From Squalus acanthias (taxonomy: Eukaryota), in assembly GCA_030390025.1 (NCBI GenBank), contig CM059436.1, forward strand, positions 41,850,001 through 41,914,000: a DNA stretch of 64,000 nucleotides. The letters run 5' to 3'. How positions within the stretch are numbered: the stretch's first letter is position 1; each line of letters begins with the position of its first letter. Below, in pieces: positions 23,701 through 35,654 of the stretch. A model generated the notes under the pieces. That model was not told the origin of the DNA and did not search any database. It saw only the letters and a program-made list of their open reading frames with translations. The translations under genes were made by a program, and so were the position numbers.

Positions 23701-26700
23701 TGCAGCACATTGCAATAAACTGATTTCTTTCTATAAAAAGCTTTTCGATTGTCATATTTTCCCCGTGTTCGACTCGCACTCTTTGTCAACTTCAGATGAA
23801 AAGAACATAGCAGCTTTTTTTATTTCCCCAAAAATATGTAGTATAGGCTTGGGAAAAAAACCTGCTCACAAAATGACAGCAGAGCAAAAACAATCTATTT
23901 GTGTGTGGACAATAGGCATTAGAGGGGACTGTTGACGGACAAGCCAAAGTAGCGTTGGAAAAAGATGCGCAATCAATATTCGGACAGCTTCCGGACTCTC
24001 GGGGACCCTAATCTCTGGTAGGGAAAGTTGAAAGTGAAGAGAAACAAAGTGCTGCAAGGGGTTAACACCGAATATAGGAGGTGTCACTGCTTCCAAACTG
24101 AAATCTAAATTGGGTGGTTAAAGCTACAAGTGAGTTTTATGGGACGGTAACACCGAAAGTGGAGGACCAGTGAAAATAACAGAAAGGATAGGTAACTTTT
24201 TGCGGTATACGTTCTGAAATCTGTGCATACAAATAAAATAGTTATGGACTTATAGTGATATCATCCTGTTAAATCATTGTCTTTGTTCTGGTTGTTAATT
24301 TTCCTTATTTAAAAAAAAGGAATCCACAAAGCACACACAAATGTTCGCATTATGTTAGTTATTTGTCAAGACACGATGACACTTTTCTAGTCGTGAGCCC
24401 TTGATACTGGTACTTTTATGGTGGTGGGTGACGATTACAGTTAACCTACAAGTTACTTTCTGCCTCGCTTGTATATTAATCATTGTTATGATTAAATCAC
24501 GAATTTGTTATTTACAGTGTAATTTGATAACATTAACCGTCGTGACAATAAACTGCGACGTATCTTCTGACAACAAATCAAAGACTTTGTAGACTTTCTA
24601 CCATACGAATACGTATTTGGCCCGTGGATAGTGTAGTGATCGAGAGAGAGAGAAAATAACCGAATGATACAGGTTATATCGCAGGTGCCAAATAAGATTA
24701 CTTCGAGTGAAGTATATACAACGTTCTTTGAAGTTATGGTAACAACTTGCATATAATGACGAAACATCTCAACACAAATGTTTTCTTTTGCTTGAAGTCC
24801 TATTAGGTTTAAAAGGAATCAAAATTAATTCTTGACACTGCTGTGTGTCACACTTTACACTGAGAAATATTTTCAATCACAGCCTTTATAAACACAAGTG
24901 GGATAGGGTTTTTATGCCACTCCCTATTCCAGACCTGTCAAATATCAATCTTTAGGAGTGACAATTATTCATTCTATTTTGACAAATGTCGCTGTTAAAA
25001 AGGAATACAGCTCCATGTGTTTAAATGGTTTTTCGATGTGAGCCAATGCCATTGATCTTAATTGTTAGGATCAGAATTCAACTTTAACGCCTGTCAATCG
25101 CTTATGATCTACCTTTCTGTGCAGAACAAAGCTGAGGTTTTTTTTTGGTCGATCTACCTAATGCTGGAATTCAGAACAATGAAATAAGCTTGAATGAAAA
25201 TTAGCAGAGTTTCTAATTACTAAATTTAAAAACCTTCTTAGAAGTCCTGGAGATAAAAGTCATACCAACTTATGAAGTGGTGGAAAGTAACTTTACCAGG
25301 CTCGTCTGATGATTGCAGCTTTCTTGTTCGTCAGGTTATTTGGACACCTTTGCGTATAATATAACTTGCCTTAAACATAAGAAAGCAACGTGTCAGTTGT
25401 TAATGTCAACCCCAACCTTTGTATGCCGCAAAAGCGATGGATCTTCAAATCCGGTTGGCTCCGTCTATTGTGTCATGCCATCCAAAAGCATTAATCTGAT
25501 CGAATAACCATTTACCAAATTGAAATAATCAAGAAAAGAATAACATGAAATAAATATCATCTAAATAAACAACTTTTGTTTGCTTCAAAATAATGTTCAT
25601 GCTGAATGCATTTTTGGACACGTTAAGATTATTGAGGTTCTAATTGCTTCTAATGTGGATTTGTTCAAAGCGCTCAGCCTGTTTAGTATGTGGGGAGTCT
25701 CATCACATTTGGTTAGAACATTTCATCTTTTTATATTAGATGACCATAGAGATCATGTCACTGCAGTTATGTCAATCAGGCAAACATATTAGCGATTAAT
25801 GTATTTCAGGATTAGTTTGGCACCAGTTACACGTATTGTTCAAAATTATAATGGAACAGCTTTTAATTTTAATTGCAGTTTTAAAATCCAGGTTATGGTT
25901 ACACAAATTTTTACTGGCTAAAAACAGGATAAATGCCTGGATATATGCACGACTAAATTATTATGATATAAATTAAAAGGAAATGGCAAATGATACGTTG
26001 AAATCAAAAGCACGAACTCCACCCTGTCCACTGTTTAATTCTATGTGGAAGATGTAGAGGCAAGCAACTTGAAGGTAAGGTTTGTGAACCAGTTGCTAAA
26101 TAACGTGCCTTATTAGGGGGAGCGGCTATCTTTTAACTCGTACTTGGATTTATTGCGATGGAAGTAGCGCTAAATGTGACTTATTAAAGTGTTGTTTTAA
26201 ATATATATAGAGGGGAGACGTGCATATTATAAGTAGATTACTAATCTAAAATCACGAGACAGACCAACTTTGGTGCACTTTAAGCGGCACACTGTAAAAG
26301 TGTATTCAGCTACTAACTCCAAAATGTTTGGACATATGGAATATACTTTAGGATATTGTATCGCTGTTGTTAATTGCGAAACCATTTCACGAGTGTAAAA
26401 GTCTTGTCGTAATTAAGATTATGTCTCTCCCAGGTTCATAGTCGGCTACTGCCACTCCGGTGTTTTAGGAATTCTGTGTCCATGCATTTCTAAGAGTAAT
26501 ATTCAATGACTGCGCCTATTATAATCAGTATCTTCCAGTTTAGAGATGCAGGTTTATCCACTTGGGATTTTACAATACCCTACAGGTGTCACTTGAAAGT
26601 CGCACACTGCATTTTTATAGCTATTGCTTTCATTTTGTTCATATACATTGTATTTCTTCTCGATAACTGATTTAAAATAACCCCGAAGCACTTCAGCAGC

Positions 26701-28473
26701 TCTCCCTTCTTCTGACTGTAATACTGTAATCGGTTATGAAATGGCCAGTTGAGATCTAGATGTTGAAAACATCCCATGCTATGTATTTATCAGATGTTCG
26801 CTGGTCACATTGAAGGTTACTTTACACAATTAAAAAAAAACATTCCTTGACAGAAAACTTAAAAAAACATGTTGCATGGAGCTTGGGTATGGGGCGTGAA
26901 TCAGGAGACAGCTACAATCATGTCTTGCATGGTCTTGTTTTGTAGGCCTTCTGCTTATGGATCGTAACCTATGCGCAATTACCAGAAAACATCCCGGATT
27001 GAATTCGTACTGCTTGCAAATGTGAGTTACCTGACTACCTCACGATCTCTTACTGACTCCTGTGTAAAGACGCGTTTGTTCTCCCAACACAACAACTTCG
27101 CAAAACCAAAAGGTACTCACTTTGGTTGCGAGGGTAATTTAAGGAACGTTTGGATTCTTAGTCGATGCAGGTTTGCGATGGCGTGACCCAGTCTATCAAA
27201 ATATAACCTACTCAAACAAAATTAATACTTTAATTTGTGAATGTTTTCCTGCTTATATCCCACCTATAGATGTTCCTCATTGCTATGCAATATTGTCATT
27301 ATTCAAGACCAGCTCTTGTAGAATTTAAGTATAATTCTCTCAGTGTTGTAAAAGTGATAAAGATGGCTGATACAGTAAATAGAAGTGTCATTAGTGAAGC
27401 AGGGAGGTATCTTCTGAAATTGGGAAACTGCTTTATTCTGAATTTAGCCCTGGCCTGAGTGCACTTCCTTGTGACGATAGCCACATAAAGTAGAAGCAGT
27501 TTCCATTCCCCAGGGATTACATCTCTAAGTCCAATGAGTGCAATATTCCTCTTCCCCCATAAAAAGTTAATAAATAGTTGGACACTCTGCTCTCACTCCT
27601 AGTCCAGGCATGGGAATGGACGAGAAAGATAATGGAAAATAATTGGGAAATGAGAAAGTAACTACTAATGTGAAGACAGTAAGGCAGTGCAACTAATTTT
27701 ACTTGTTTCAACCTATAAACACACAGATATAATGTTTTTAGTACATTTTGGAAGTGGATGAATAAAAATGTTGTCTTTTAAAAATACTGAGAAAATTGGA
27801 TGAGCATTTATTTTTAATAAAGGATAGTCTCACCCACTCGAGGTAGTGTGGAACTCCATACTTTGACCTCACTTGTTCTATGCATAGAGTTTTTTTTTTA
27901 CCAGCATCAGTGTAGCAGTATAGAACCCAATGCCAATTCTTGACCTCAGTAACACCCTCCAGTTCTGTGATGTGCTATTGCCACCAACATATGGTCCAGT
28001 ACAGTGAGCGGTTGTTCGGTTAATGCTTTGATGAGTCTAAGGTAATGAGCTGTCAAGGCATGCAGTCTACTGCATACCTCCAATCTGAGGCACCTGCCTT
28101 CATTATGACTTCCGAATAATGTGCCCGCACTATACCATTTTTCTCATCAAGATCAGCCTCAACAGTTCTCTTTTCTTGCGCTACTTCAAAGACCCTTTCA
28201 TTAGTCATTCTTCTGTCCAACTAATTTTAGCATATGTCCGTAACATCATAACTTAAATATCTCCAGTCTTCTTTGTTTAGCATTGAAGGCCTAATTTTCA
28301 CATCTGTACTAAGGTGCTGACCACAGATAGCACTTAAAGATTCTATTTATTACCAACTTGATTTTTACAGTTGCACAGAAGTTGTGTTCGTTTTGCAACT
28401 GCTGCAGTACCTCTGTTTAACTTATTTGTTACTTTGGCAAGCTCATGTCATTAGATTACCCACAAACTCTTTT

Positions 28474-29350
28474 GTGGACTACTGTGTTCAGTTTTGGGCA
28501 CTGCATCTCAAGAAGGATCTATTAGCCTTGGAGAGGGTGCAGCGCAGATTGACGAGAATGATACTGGGGCATAGAGGGTTAAATTATGAGGACAGGTTGC
28601 ACAAACCTTAAAATTGAGCACAAGATATAGGCCGACACTCCAGTGCAGTACTGTTGGAGGTGCCATCTTTTGGATGAGATGTTAAACCGAAGCCCCATCT
28701 TCCCTCTCAGGTGGACGTAAAAGATCCCATGGCACTATTTCGAAGAAGAGCAGGGGAGTTCCCTCAACCAACATCACTAAAACAGATGATCTGGTCATTA
28801 TCTCATTGCTGTTTGTGGGATCTTGCTTTGCACAAATTGGCTGCCATGTTTCCTACATTACAAAAGTGACTACACTTCAAAAGTACTTCATTGGTTGAAA
28901 AGTTCTTTGGGACGTCCTGAGGTTGTGAAAGGCACTATATAAATGCAAGTCTTTCTTTTTTTCTTTTTGTATTCCCTTGAGTATATAAGATTGAGGGGTG
29001 ATCTGTTCAAGGTGTTTAAAATTATAACAGCATTTGAAAGGGTAGATATGGATAAACTATTTCCTCTGGTGGGGGAATCAAGAACAAAGGGGCATTATCT
29101 TAAAATTAGAGCTAGGGCTTTCAGCCATGAAATCAGAAATTATTTTTCACACAAAGGTCAGTAGAAATCCAGAACTCTCTCCCCATAAGGATGTGCATGC
29201 TGGGATAATTGTAGCTTTCAAGACTGAGATCAATAGATTTTTGTTAGGTAAGGGTATCAAGGGATATGGAGCAAAAGCGGGAAAATATAACGGAGGTGCA
29301 GATCAGCCATTATTTAATTATCCAATCTACTCCTGTTCCTATGTTCCTAT
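28474..29350 (+). mobile_element. CR1 LINE 3' fragment, interrupted by a SINE
   Basis: Translates DYCVQFW..L.KD..ALERVQRR, then LYSLE..RLRGDL..VFKI; ends in a TCCTATGT-type tail. Confidence 0.88.
28612..28965 (+). mobile_element. DeuSINE-like SINE (5' truncated) nested in CR1
   Basis: Body GATGTTAAACCGA...CCCTCTCAGGTGGACGTAAAAGATCCCATGGCACTATTT and tail ATAAATGCAAGTCTTTC. Confidence 0.85.
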
Positions 29351-29404
29351 TTCATCCACTTGCTCTATTTCCATATTATTCATTCTGATGTCATTTTGGT
29401 GATT

Positions 29405-29825
29405 ACTTGCTCATATTGCTTAGAACAGAGAAGTCTAAGAGGAGATTTAATAGAAGTGTTTAAAATCATGAAGGGTTTAAATAGAATAAATAAAGAGAAA
29501 CTGTTTCCAATGGCTGAAAGGTTGATAACCAGAGGGCACAAATTTAAGGTGATTAGCAAAAGAACCAGAGGTGCCGTGAGGAAAAACTTTTTTACGCAAC
29601 GAGTGGTTAGGATTTGGAATGCACTGCCTGATAGGTTGGTGGATACAGATTCAATAGTAGCCTTCAAAAGGTAATTGGATAAATACTTGAAGGAGAAAAA
29701 AATGCAGGGATATGGGGAAAGAGCGGGGGAGTGGGACTAACTGGATTGCTCTTCGAAGGAGCTGGTGCAGACTCGATGGACCAAATGGCCTCCTTCTGTG
29801 CTGTACTATTCTATGATTCTGTGAT
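29405..29825 (+). mobile_element. CR1 LINE 3' fragment
   Basis: LEQRSLRGDLIEVFKIMKG...TRGH...FFTQRVVRIWNALP; tail TTCTATGATTCTGTGA. Confidence 0.88.
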
Positions 29826-30280
29826 AATGTTCACTCTGAAGTCCATTTCCTTTGTACTGCAGTTACCAATCTCAGACTGGTAGTTGCAGAATGGATTCCA
29901 GTTCGGCAGTACCCTGTTTACACTGCCTTGCAGGAATTCCATTTCACTGGCCCAGGAGAGAACTCTGCACAGGAACTAACCATGCGTAGGCACAGTTCTT
30001 CATCCAGTAATCAAAATTTAAATGTTTTAAGATTAAAGACAATCCTTGTACTGTTAGCATTTAAATTATATCAGCTGGTCTAAAAAGTCTTCAGGGCATA
30101 CAATAGACCCTCTGAATACATTGTAAAGTAGTTTGATAAGGCACTGATTTACACTCCATGTGGTGTCAAACCAATATGACTCCCAAGACCATCCCGCCAG
30201 AGAATCTCACAACATTTCTCTCCGTGGTCAGGTGAGACCCTGATTCTGCAAGCTTAGGAACTCTCATTTGTATCTGCACT

Positions 30281-30660
30281 CATAGGAACATAGGAACAAG
30301 AGTAGACTATTCACCTCCTCGAGCCCGTTCTGCCATTCAATTAGATCATGGCTGATCTGTATCTTAACTCCATCCACTTGCTTTGGTTCCGTAACCCTTA
30401 ATACCCTTGCCTAATAAAAATCTATCAATCTCAGTTTTGAAATTTTCAATTGACCTAGCCTCAACAGCTATTTGGGTGAGAGAGTTCCATATTTCTACTA
30501 CCCTTTGTGTGAAGAAGTGCTTCCTGACATCACCCCTGAATGGCCTAGCTCTAATTTTAAGGTTTTGCCCCCTTGTTCTGGACTCTCCCACCAGAAGAAA
30601 TAGCTTTTCTCTATCTACCCTATCGACTCCTTTAATCATCTTAAATGCCTCAATTAGATA
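30281..30660 (-). mobile_element. CR1 LINE 3' fragment
   Basis: ORF 30364-30639 (ESRTRG...FFTQRVVEIWNSL); CATAGGAA tail repeats. Confidence 0.88.
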
Positions 30661-30789
30661 ATCAGCACTATGTCATTGTATGAAGTATATAAATAAAATA
30701 TATATACTAGTTCAAATATTCATATCTTAACTAACTTCAATGCAGGGCTGAAGTGCTGTCAGGGGATATTTTATCATTTTGTCTTTATA

Positions 30790-30930
30790 TAGCAAATTGG
30801 CTGCCGTGTTACCTACATTACCACAGTGACTACACTTCAAAAGTACTTCATTGGCTGTAAAGCACTTTGGGATGCCCTGAGGTCGTGAAAGGCGCTATAT
30901 AAATGCAAGTCTTTCTTTTCTTTTTTTCTT
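30790..30930 (+). mobile_element. SINE 3' fragment
   Basis: Matches the 3' part of the SINE at 28612-28965. Confidence 0.8.
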
Positions 30931-33299
30931 TTTGTACATTACACACATGAATTTGAACAGATTTGTTTTAAAGAATGGAAATGTAATCTATTTTCTCTAG
31001 GTGGGATTCTGAATAAACTTTTTTGAACAACATTGCTACATTTCTGAGAGCTTTGGCCCATTTGTAGATTAATTTTAAATTGCACTACAGGGACTTCAAT
31101 TTAGATGTAAAGAAAGTTTGAATTACACAACAAACAATGAAATGATTTCTCCTGACTAAGTTAGAAGATTGTTTTAAAAAAGAGATACAAAATACTTGTA
31201 TTGACTTTCTTTTAACTGTCACTGTAGTTAGATGGAATATTTGAAGAAATATAGTTAGGATTGACGTACACTTAATAACAGCTGGTTTATTAATTCGCAT
31301 TGAAATAACTGGTGAGGCGGTTCAATTATATCATTAAATTAAATTATACAATTATAAACTACTCTTGCTCTGAAAGTGCAAGCTCGGTTGTTCTGAATGT
31401 TGTGCAACACATCAAAGTTTTTATAGGTATAGGAGGACGTGGCTTTTCGCAAATGAATGTTATGGAGTGGGTAATAGAAACAAAATGCTCCCGTAGTCTA
31501 TTCCTTTCTTCCAAATTGAGGATATTTCGAGTTAATAGATTGCGAGACACTAAGTTCTATATAAATCCCGGTTATTGTGCCTGAGCACTAAGTGTTGCGG
31601 AGCAGATAAATGAACTAATCGAATCCAGTTAACTCTGATGTGTTTACGGTTTAAGCACGCATACATAGCAATGCTGAAGGAAAAAGATAAACTGAATTTT
31701 CATTTACTCTCACAAATTCGTTTATTAACTGAGGGATTATTCATTTTCTGCTTTGACAGATTCATTTCTTTTCTTCCTCCATTTTCATTCTTTAAACTCT
31801 CAGTCTCTTTTTTACCCACTTTTTGAAATACACTGTAACTTTCAGTGTCTTTCTTATTGCTCCAATCTGACCATGTTTTTTGTCTCTAACTTTCCTACTT
31901 GGATTTTCCTATTCAGTTATAAATTGCCAAAGTAAATACAATGTTGATTGGAAGGCGATTGCAACAGTTTCCAAGATGGAAGTAAATAACAATTCTCTCT
32001 GAGGTCACTAGGGCTATAATGATTATTTTATATTCATTTTTAGCGCTAGTCTCTTTCCAAAACAGGTGTCTCCATTCTTGGCACTTATTTTTGAAACGCG
32101 ACGAATAATCTTGCATCAACCCCAGAGGCGCAATTCTGAGTAAATGGAAAAACACACCAAAACATTAAAGGAACAATCGCTTCGAAAAGGAAGGCGCTGA
32201 TGAGGTGTAGAGGAAACCTGTTTATTAACATTGGACACCTCTTATCACAGACTGCACACAGGACGTTCCAGATGGATCACCCGTACAATAATTCATATTT
32301 TTGTAACAATATTGTGTAGTGCCACCCGTTCATGTGGCTTTCAGATTACTAGCAGCACGATTCTGAGGTTACAGATTACGTTTGTTATTTGCCCGCACTG
32401 TAATCTGAAAGGCAACGCTACTTCATTTGAAACTCCAGAGGGAGTTGGAAAACACGTGCTGCTTTTGGCAGGAGCGAGTTATCAAAACAATGTGGATTCT
32501 GACGTTCCGCAGCTTCAAGATCAGGCGACCTTTCGTGCCAAAGTGCGGATCGGACAAATGCATATTTTAAATGGTCGGTTAATCCTTTTTTCCGTTGTTG
32601 GTGATTTCAACATATCGTGAAATCCGCCAATTATTTATTTCATTAATTCAGTGCCCTACTTGAATGCAATTGCACGGTTTATTCCCCGCAATGACATTAC
32701 AGGGTTCATCATTATTTTTCTGGAATGTTTGAAGACTTTGCAAGTGATTTGTTTAAAATTGTACTTAAATCGTGCTGTCCTACTATCGTTTGAATATAAT
32801 TGAAAACGTTTTATTAATTAATTTTACATTTTCTAGGTCATGTTTAGGGGTCAAACAGAAACCATTGTCACAGTATTTTGGCTTTTGGTTATGTCACATG
32901 CTCTAATGTGATTTTCCTCAATTTTAGGTAGAATAAAATTTCCACTAGACCATCGTTTAGGCTATAAGCCACCAAATCAATTTAGTAACCAGTAAATAGA
33001 TATGTGAGCAATAATAATGACACACTGCAGATTTACAGTAGTTGTGGACCTAACTATTCCAACTCAGAGGATGAAAAGTTGTATCTACTGCATTAAACTT
33101 CAATGTGAGCTGGAGCATAAAGTCCCTAAAACCTATATGGTGCTTTCTGCAGACAGTCCAAAGAGTTGATGGTTTCAGATAGATGACTAAATCAGAACAT
33201 GATAAACTGAGATATATTTTACAATTTGACACAGACAAAGGAAATTTAAATATGCATGTCATACCCTCAAAAAGAGCTGTAAATCAAACATATATTGAA

Positions 33300-33650
33300 A
33301 CAACAACAACTTGCATTTAAATAGTAGTGTCTTTAATGTAGAAAAATAATCCGAAGGCACTTTAGAGAGGCATAAGGAAAAAATAAACGGTGAGTCAAAG
33401 AAGGAAATATTAGGAGGGGTGACCAAAAGCTTGGTTGAAGATGGGTTTTAAAGCGGGCCTTAAAGGAGGATAGGTGGTGGGAGGTTTAGGGAAAGAATTC
33501 TAGACCACGGCAACTGAAGGCATGGTCACCATTAGTGGATGAAGGGAGGAAGCAATGCATAAAAGGGTTTCCAGCAGCAGATAGGCTGAGGTAGGGACAG
33601 AAGCGGGTGTTGTTATGAAGATGGAAGTAGTCTTTGCAATGGAGAGGATT
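33300..33650 (-). mobile_element. L2-type LINE 3' fragment (degenerate)
   Basis: AACAACAACTTGCATTTAAATAG start; similar to 7005-7700. Confidence 0.75.
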
Positions 33651-34127
33651 AAAAAAATATTGTCCAGCTTTTCCTAATTGCTTGCCGAGCAGGGAAAGCT
33701 GTAAGAGAATTTTTAAAATTTCACAAGAGCTCTAAGCAACTAGGAAATGTAAAACAAAACCTGAATTCTACAACTCAGCAACCACCGTGCACCACCCAGA
33801 GTGCACATCATTCGTGCCACTCTGTGCTTCCATAAAAAAAATTCACACCATAAAATTAAAAAATGGAATAGTTCACAAAAAATGAAGGAAAGGCAGATTT
33901 GAATTCATGTAGCCCATATTATCTCCATCACAAAGACCGTCTACTTCCACCTCCATAATATCTCTCTTGTCCATTCCTGCCTCAGCCAATCTGCTGCTGC
34001 AAATCCTCATCCATGCTTTTGTTATCTCCATAGTGGTCATGATGCGGAGATGCCGGTGTTGGACTGGGGTGGACAAAAATGAGAAGTCGCACAACACCAG
34101 GTTATAGTCCAACAGTTTTATTTGAAA

Positions 34128-34168
34128 TCACAAGCTTTCGGAGCTTTCGTGGCCCCTTCGTCAGGTGA
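34128..34168 (-). ncRNA. Minimal type I hammerhead ribozyme motif (mirror copy)
   Basis: Identical to 34184-34224 on the opposite strand. Confidence 0.72.
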
Positions 34169-34183
34169 AGGGGCCACGAAACT

Positions 34184-34224
34184 TCACCTGACGAAGGGGC
34201 CACGAAAGCTCCGAAAGCTTGTGA
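34184..34224 (+). ncRNA. Minimal type I hammerhead ribozyme motif
   Basis: TCAC-CTGACGA-A-GGGGC(CACGAAA)GCTCC-GAAA-GC-TT-GTGA: stem I TCAC/GTGA, CUGANGA and GAAA core, 5-bp stem II, palindromic AGCT stem III. Confidence 0.72.
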
Positions 34225-35097
34225 TTTCAAATAAAACTGTTGGACTATAACCTGGTGTTGTGCGACTTCTCATTTTTGTTATCTCCAGCCTTGATTATTC
34301 CAATGCTCTCCTGGCCTGCCTCCCAACTTCCACCCTCCATAAACTTGAGTTCATCCAAAACTCTACTGCATGTATCCTAACTTGTACCAAGTTCCATTCA
34401 CCCATCACCCCTGTGCTCACTGACCTACATTGGTTACCTGTCCACCAACACCTCAATTTTAAAATTCTTATCTTCGTCTTCAAATCCCTCCACTGCCTTG
34501 CCCTCCCTATCTCGGTAACCTCCTCCAGCCCTACAATGCTCCAAGAACCCTGTGTTACTCCAACTCTGGCCTTTTATGCATCTCCCATTTCCATTGCTCC
34601 ACCATTGGTAGTCGTGCCTCCAGCCGTCTAGGCCCTAAGTTCTGGAATTCTCTCCCGAAACCTCTCTGCCTCTCCACCCCTCTCTCTGCTCCTTTAAGAT
34701 GCTCCTTAAGACCTACCTCTTTGACCAAGCTTTTAGTCACCTGTCCTAATATCTCCTTCTTTGGCTCAGTGTCACCATGTGTTAGATTACACTCCTGTGA
34801 AATGCTTTGGGATGTTTTACTACGTCAAAGGTGCTATATAAATGCAAGTTGTTGTGGTGAAGGGAAATAATTCTGCGTTTATGTTTGAAACTAATCTTAT
34901 TTCTAGTCGTATTAATTGATGGGTTTGGCTTTATTGTAGGAATGGCTTGAGACTGGAGTGTGAGGTATGGAAAGTGTTAAACTTTGCATTTTGTTTGAAT
35001 TTTGAAACAAAAAAACAATGCCATCACCCTGGTGTGATATCTTTGTATCTTGGTGGAGTTGGGTGACAGACAAGTTTCCCACATTCTCCTGAAGGCA

Positions 35098-35466
35098 GTT
35101 ACTCATGCTGGAGTGCAATTCTGTAAGTGCCGGCAACTTTCCAAGATGTCAGCCAAGGGTCCATTCTTTATTTGTGAGCCCATGTCATGAATGTCAGGAG
35201 GCTATTCTATCACTGATTACATCGCAGGCAAGCCCAATTCTGTCCTTATCCAACTCCCATTTTCTAGAAGATTGTAGTGGATACTGATCAGAACTGGGAT
35301 CTTTCTTTTTTCTGCACTCCCTAGTTTGGGGTCACTGAAGCTGATTGAAATACTCTGGCTGAAATCATTTAACTCAGCACAGACTTTACATCAAAACTGG
35401 AACCTTCCTATTCTGTATGGCTCAGCAGAAAACCATGCAATGCATTTATCCAATGAGCTCTTGGGA
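35098..35466 (-). mobile_element. Old SINE-like dispersed repeat (copy 2)
   Basis: Shares ACTCATGCTGGAGT and TCTGTATGGCTCA blocks with 41255-42500. Confidence 0.6.
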
Positions 35467-35654
35467 CTGCTGCCACTGAAGCTAGTTGTACACATATTAC
35501 AGTTGCGTGGAACTGAAATGCTGAATGTATGTGAGCATGTTTAGCATTGCCCACTCGTTACCATCAAATAGTGCAGGCAGTTTTGGGAATATATAATAAT
35601 TATTTTATATCAATTTACAATGAAGTTTATAATTTAGTTTACAATGAAGTTTCA

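Larger units (their letters stand above)
34031..34279. mobile_element. Penelope-like element terminal (pLTR) remnant forming a perfect palindrome
   Basis: Arms 34073-34170 and 34182-34279 are exact 98-bp reverse complements. Host sequence TTTTGTTATCTCCA is duplicated (34017-34030, 34274-34287). An inverted terminal structure with a hammerhead motif is characteristic of Penelope-like elements. Confidence 0.8.
33905..34855 (+). mobile_element. L2-type LINE 3' fragment, interrupted at about 34030
   Basis: Translates S.LDYSNALL..LP...L.KL..IQN...LHWLPV...FKIL; tail ATAAATGCAAGTTGTTG. Confidence 0.88.

Noticed and set aside
23315-23935. 206-aa plus-strand ORF across the promoter
   Set aside because: TTG start; the open frame is explained by GC-rich, stop-poor promoter DNA and a GA repeat.
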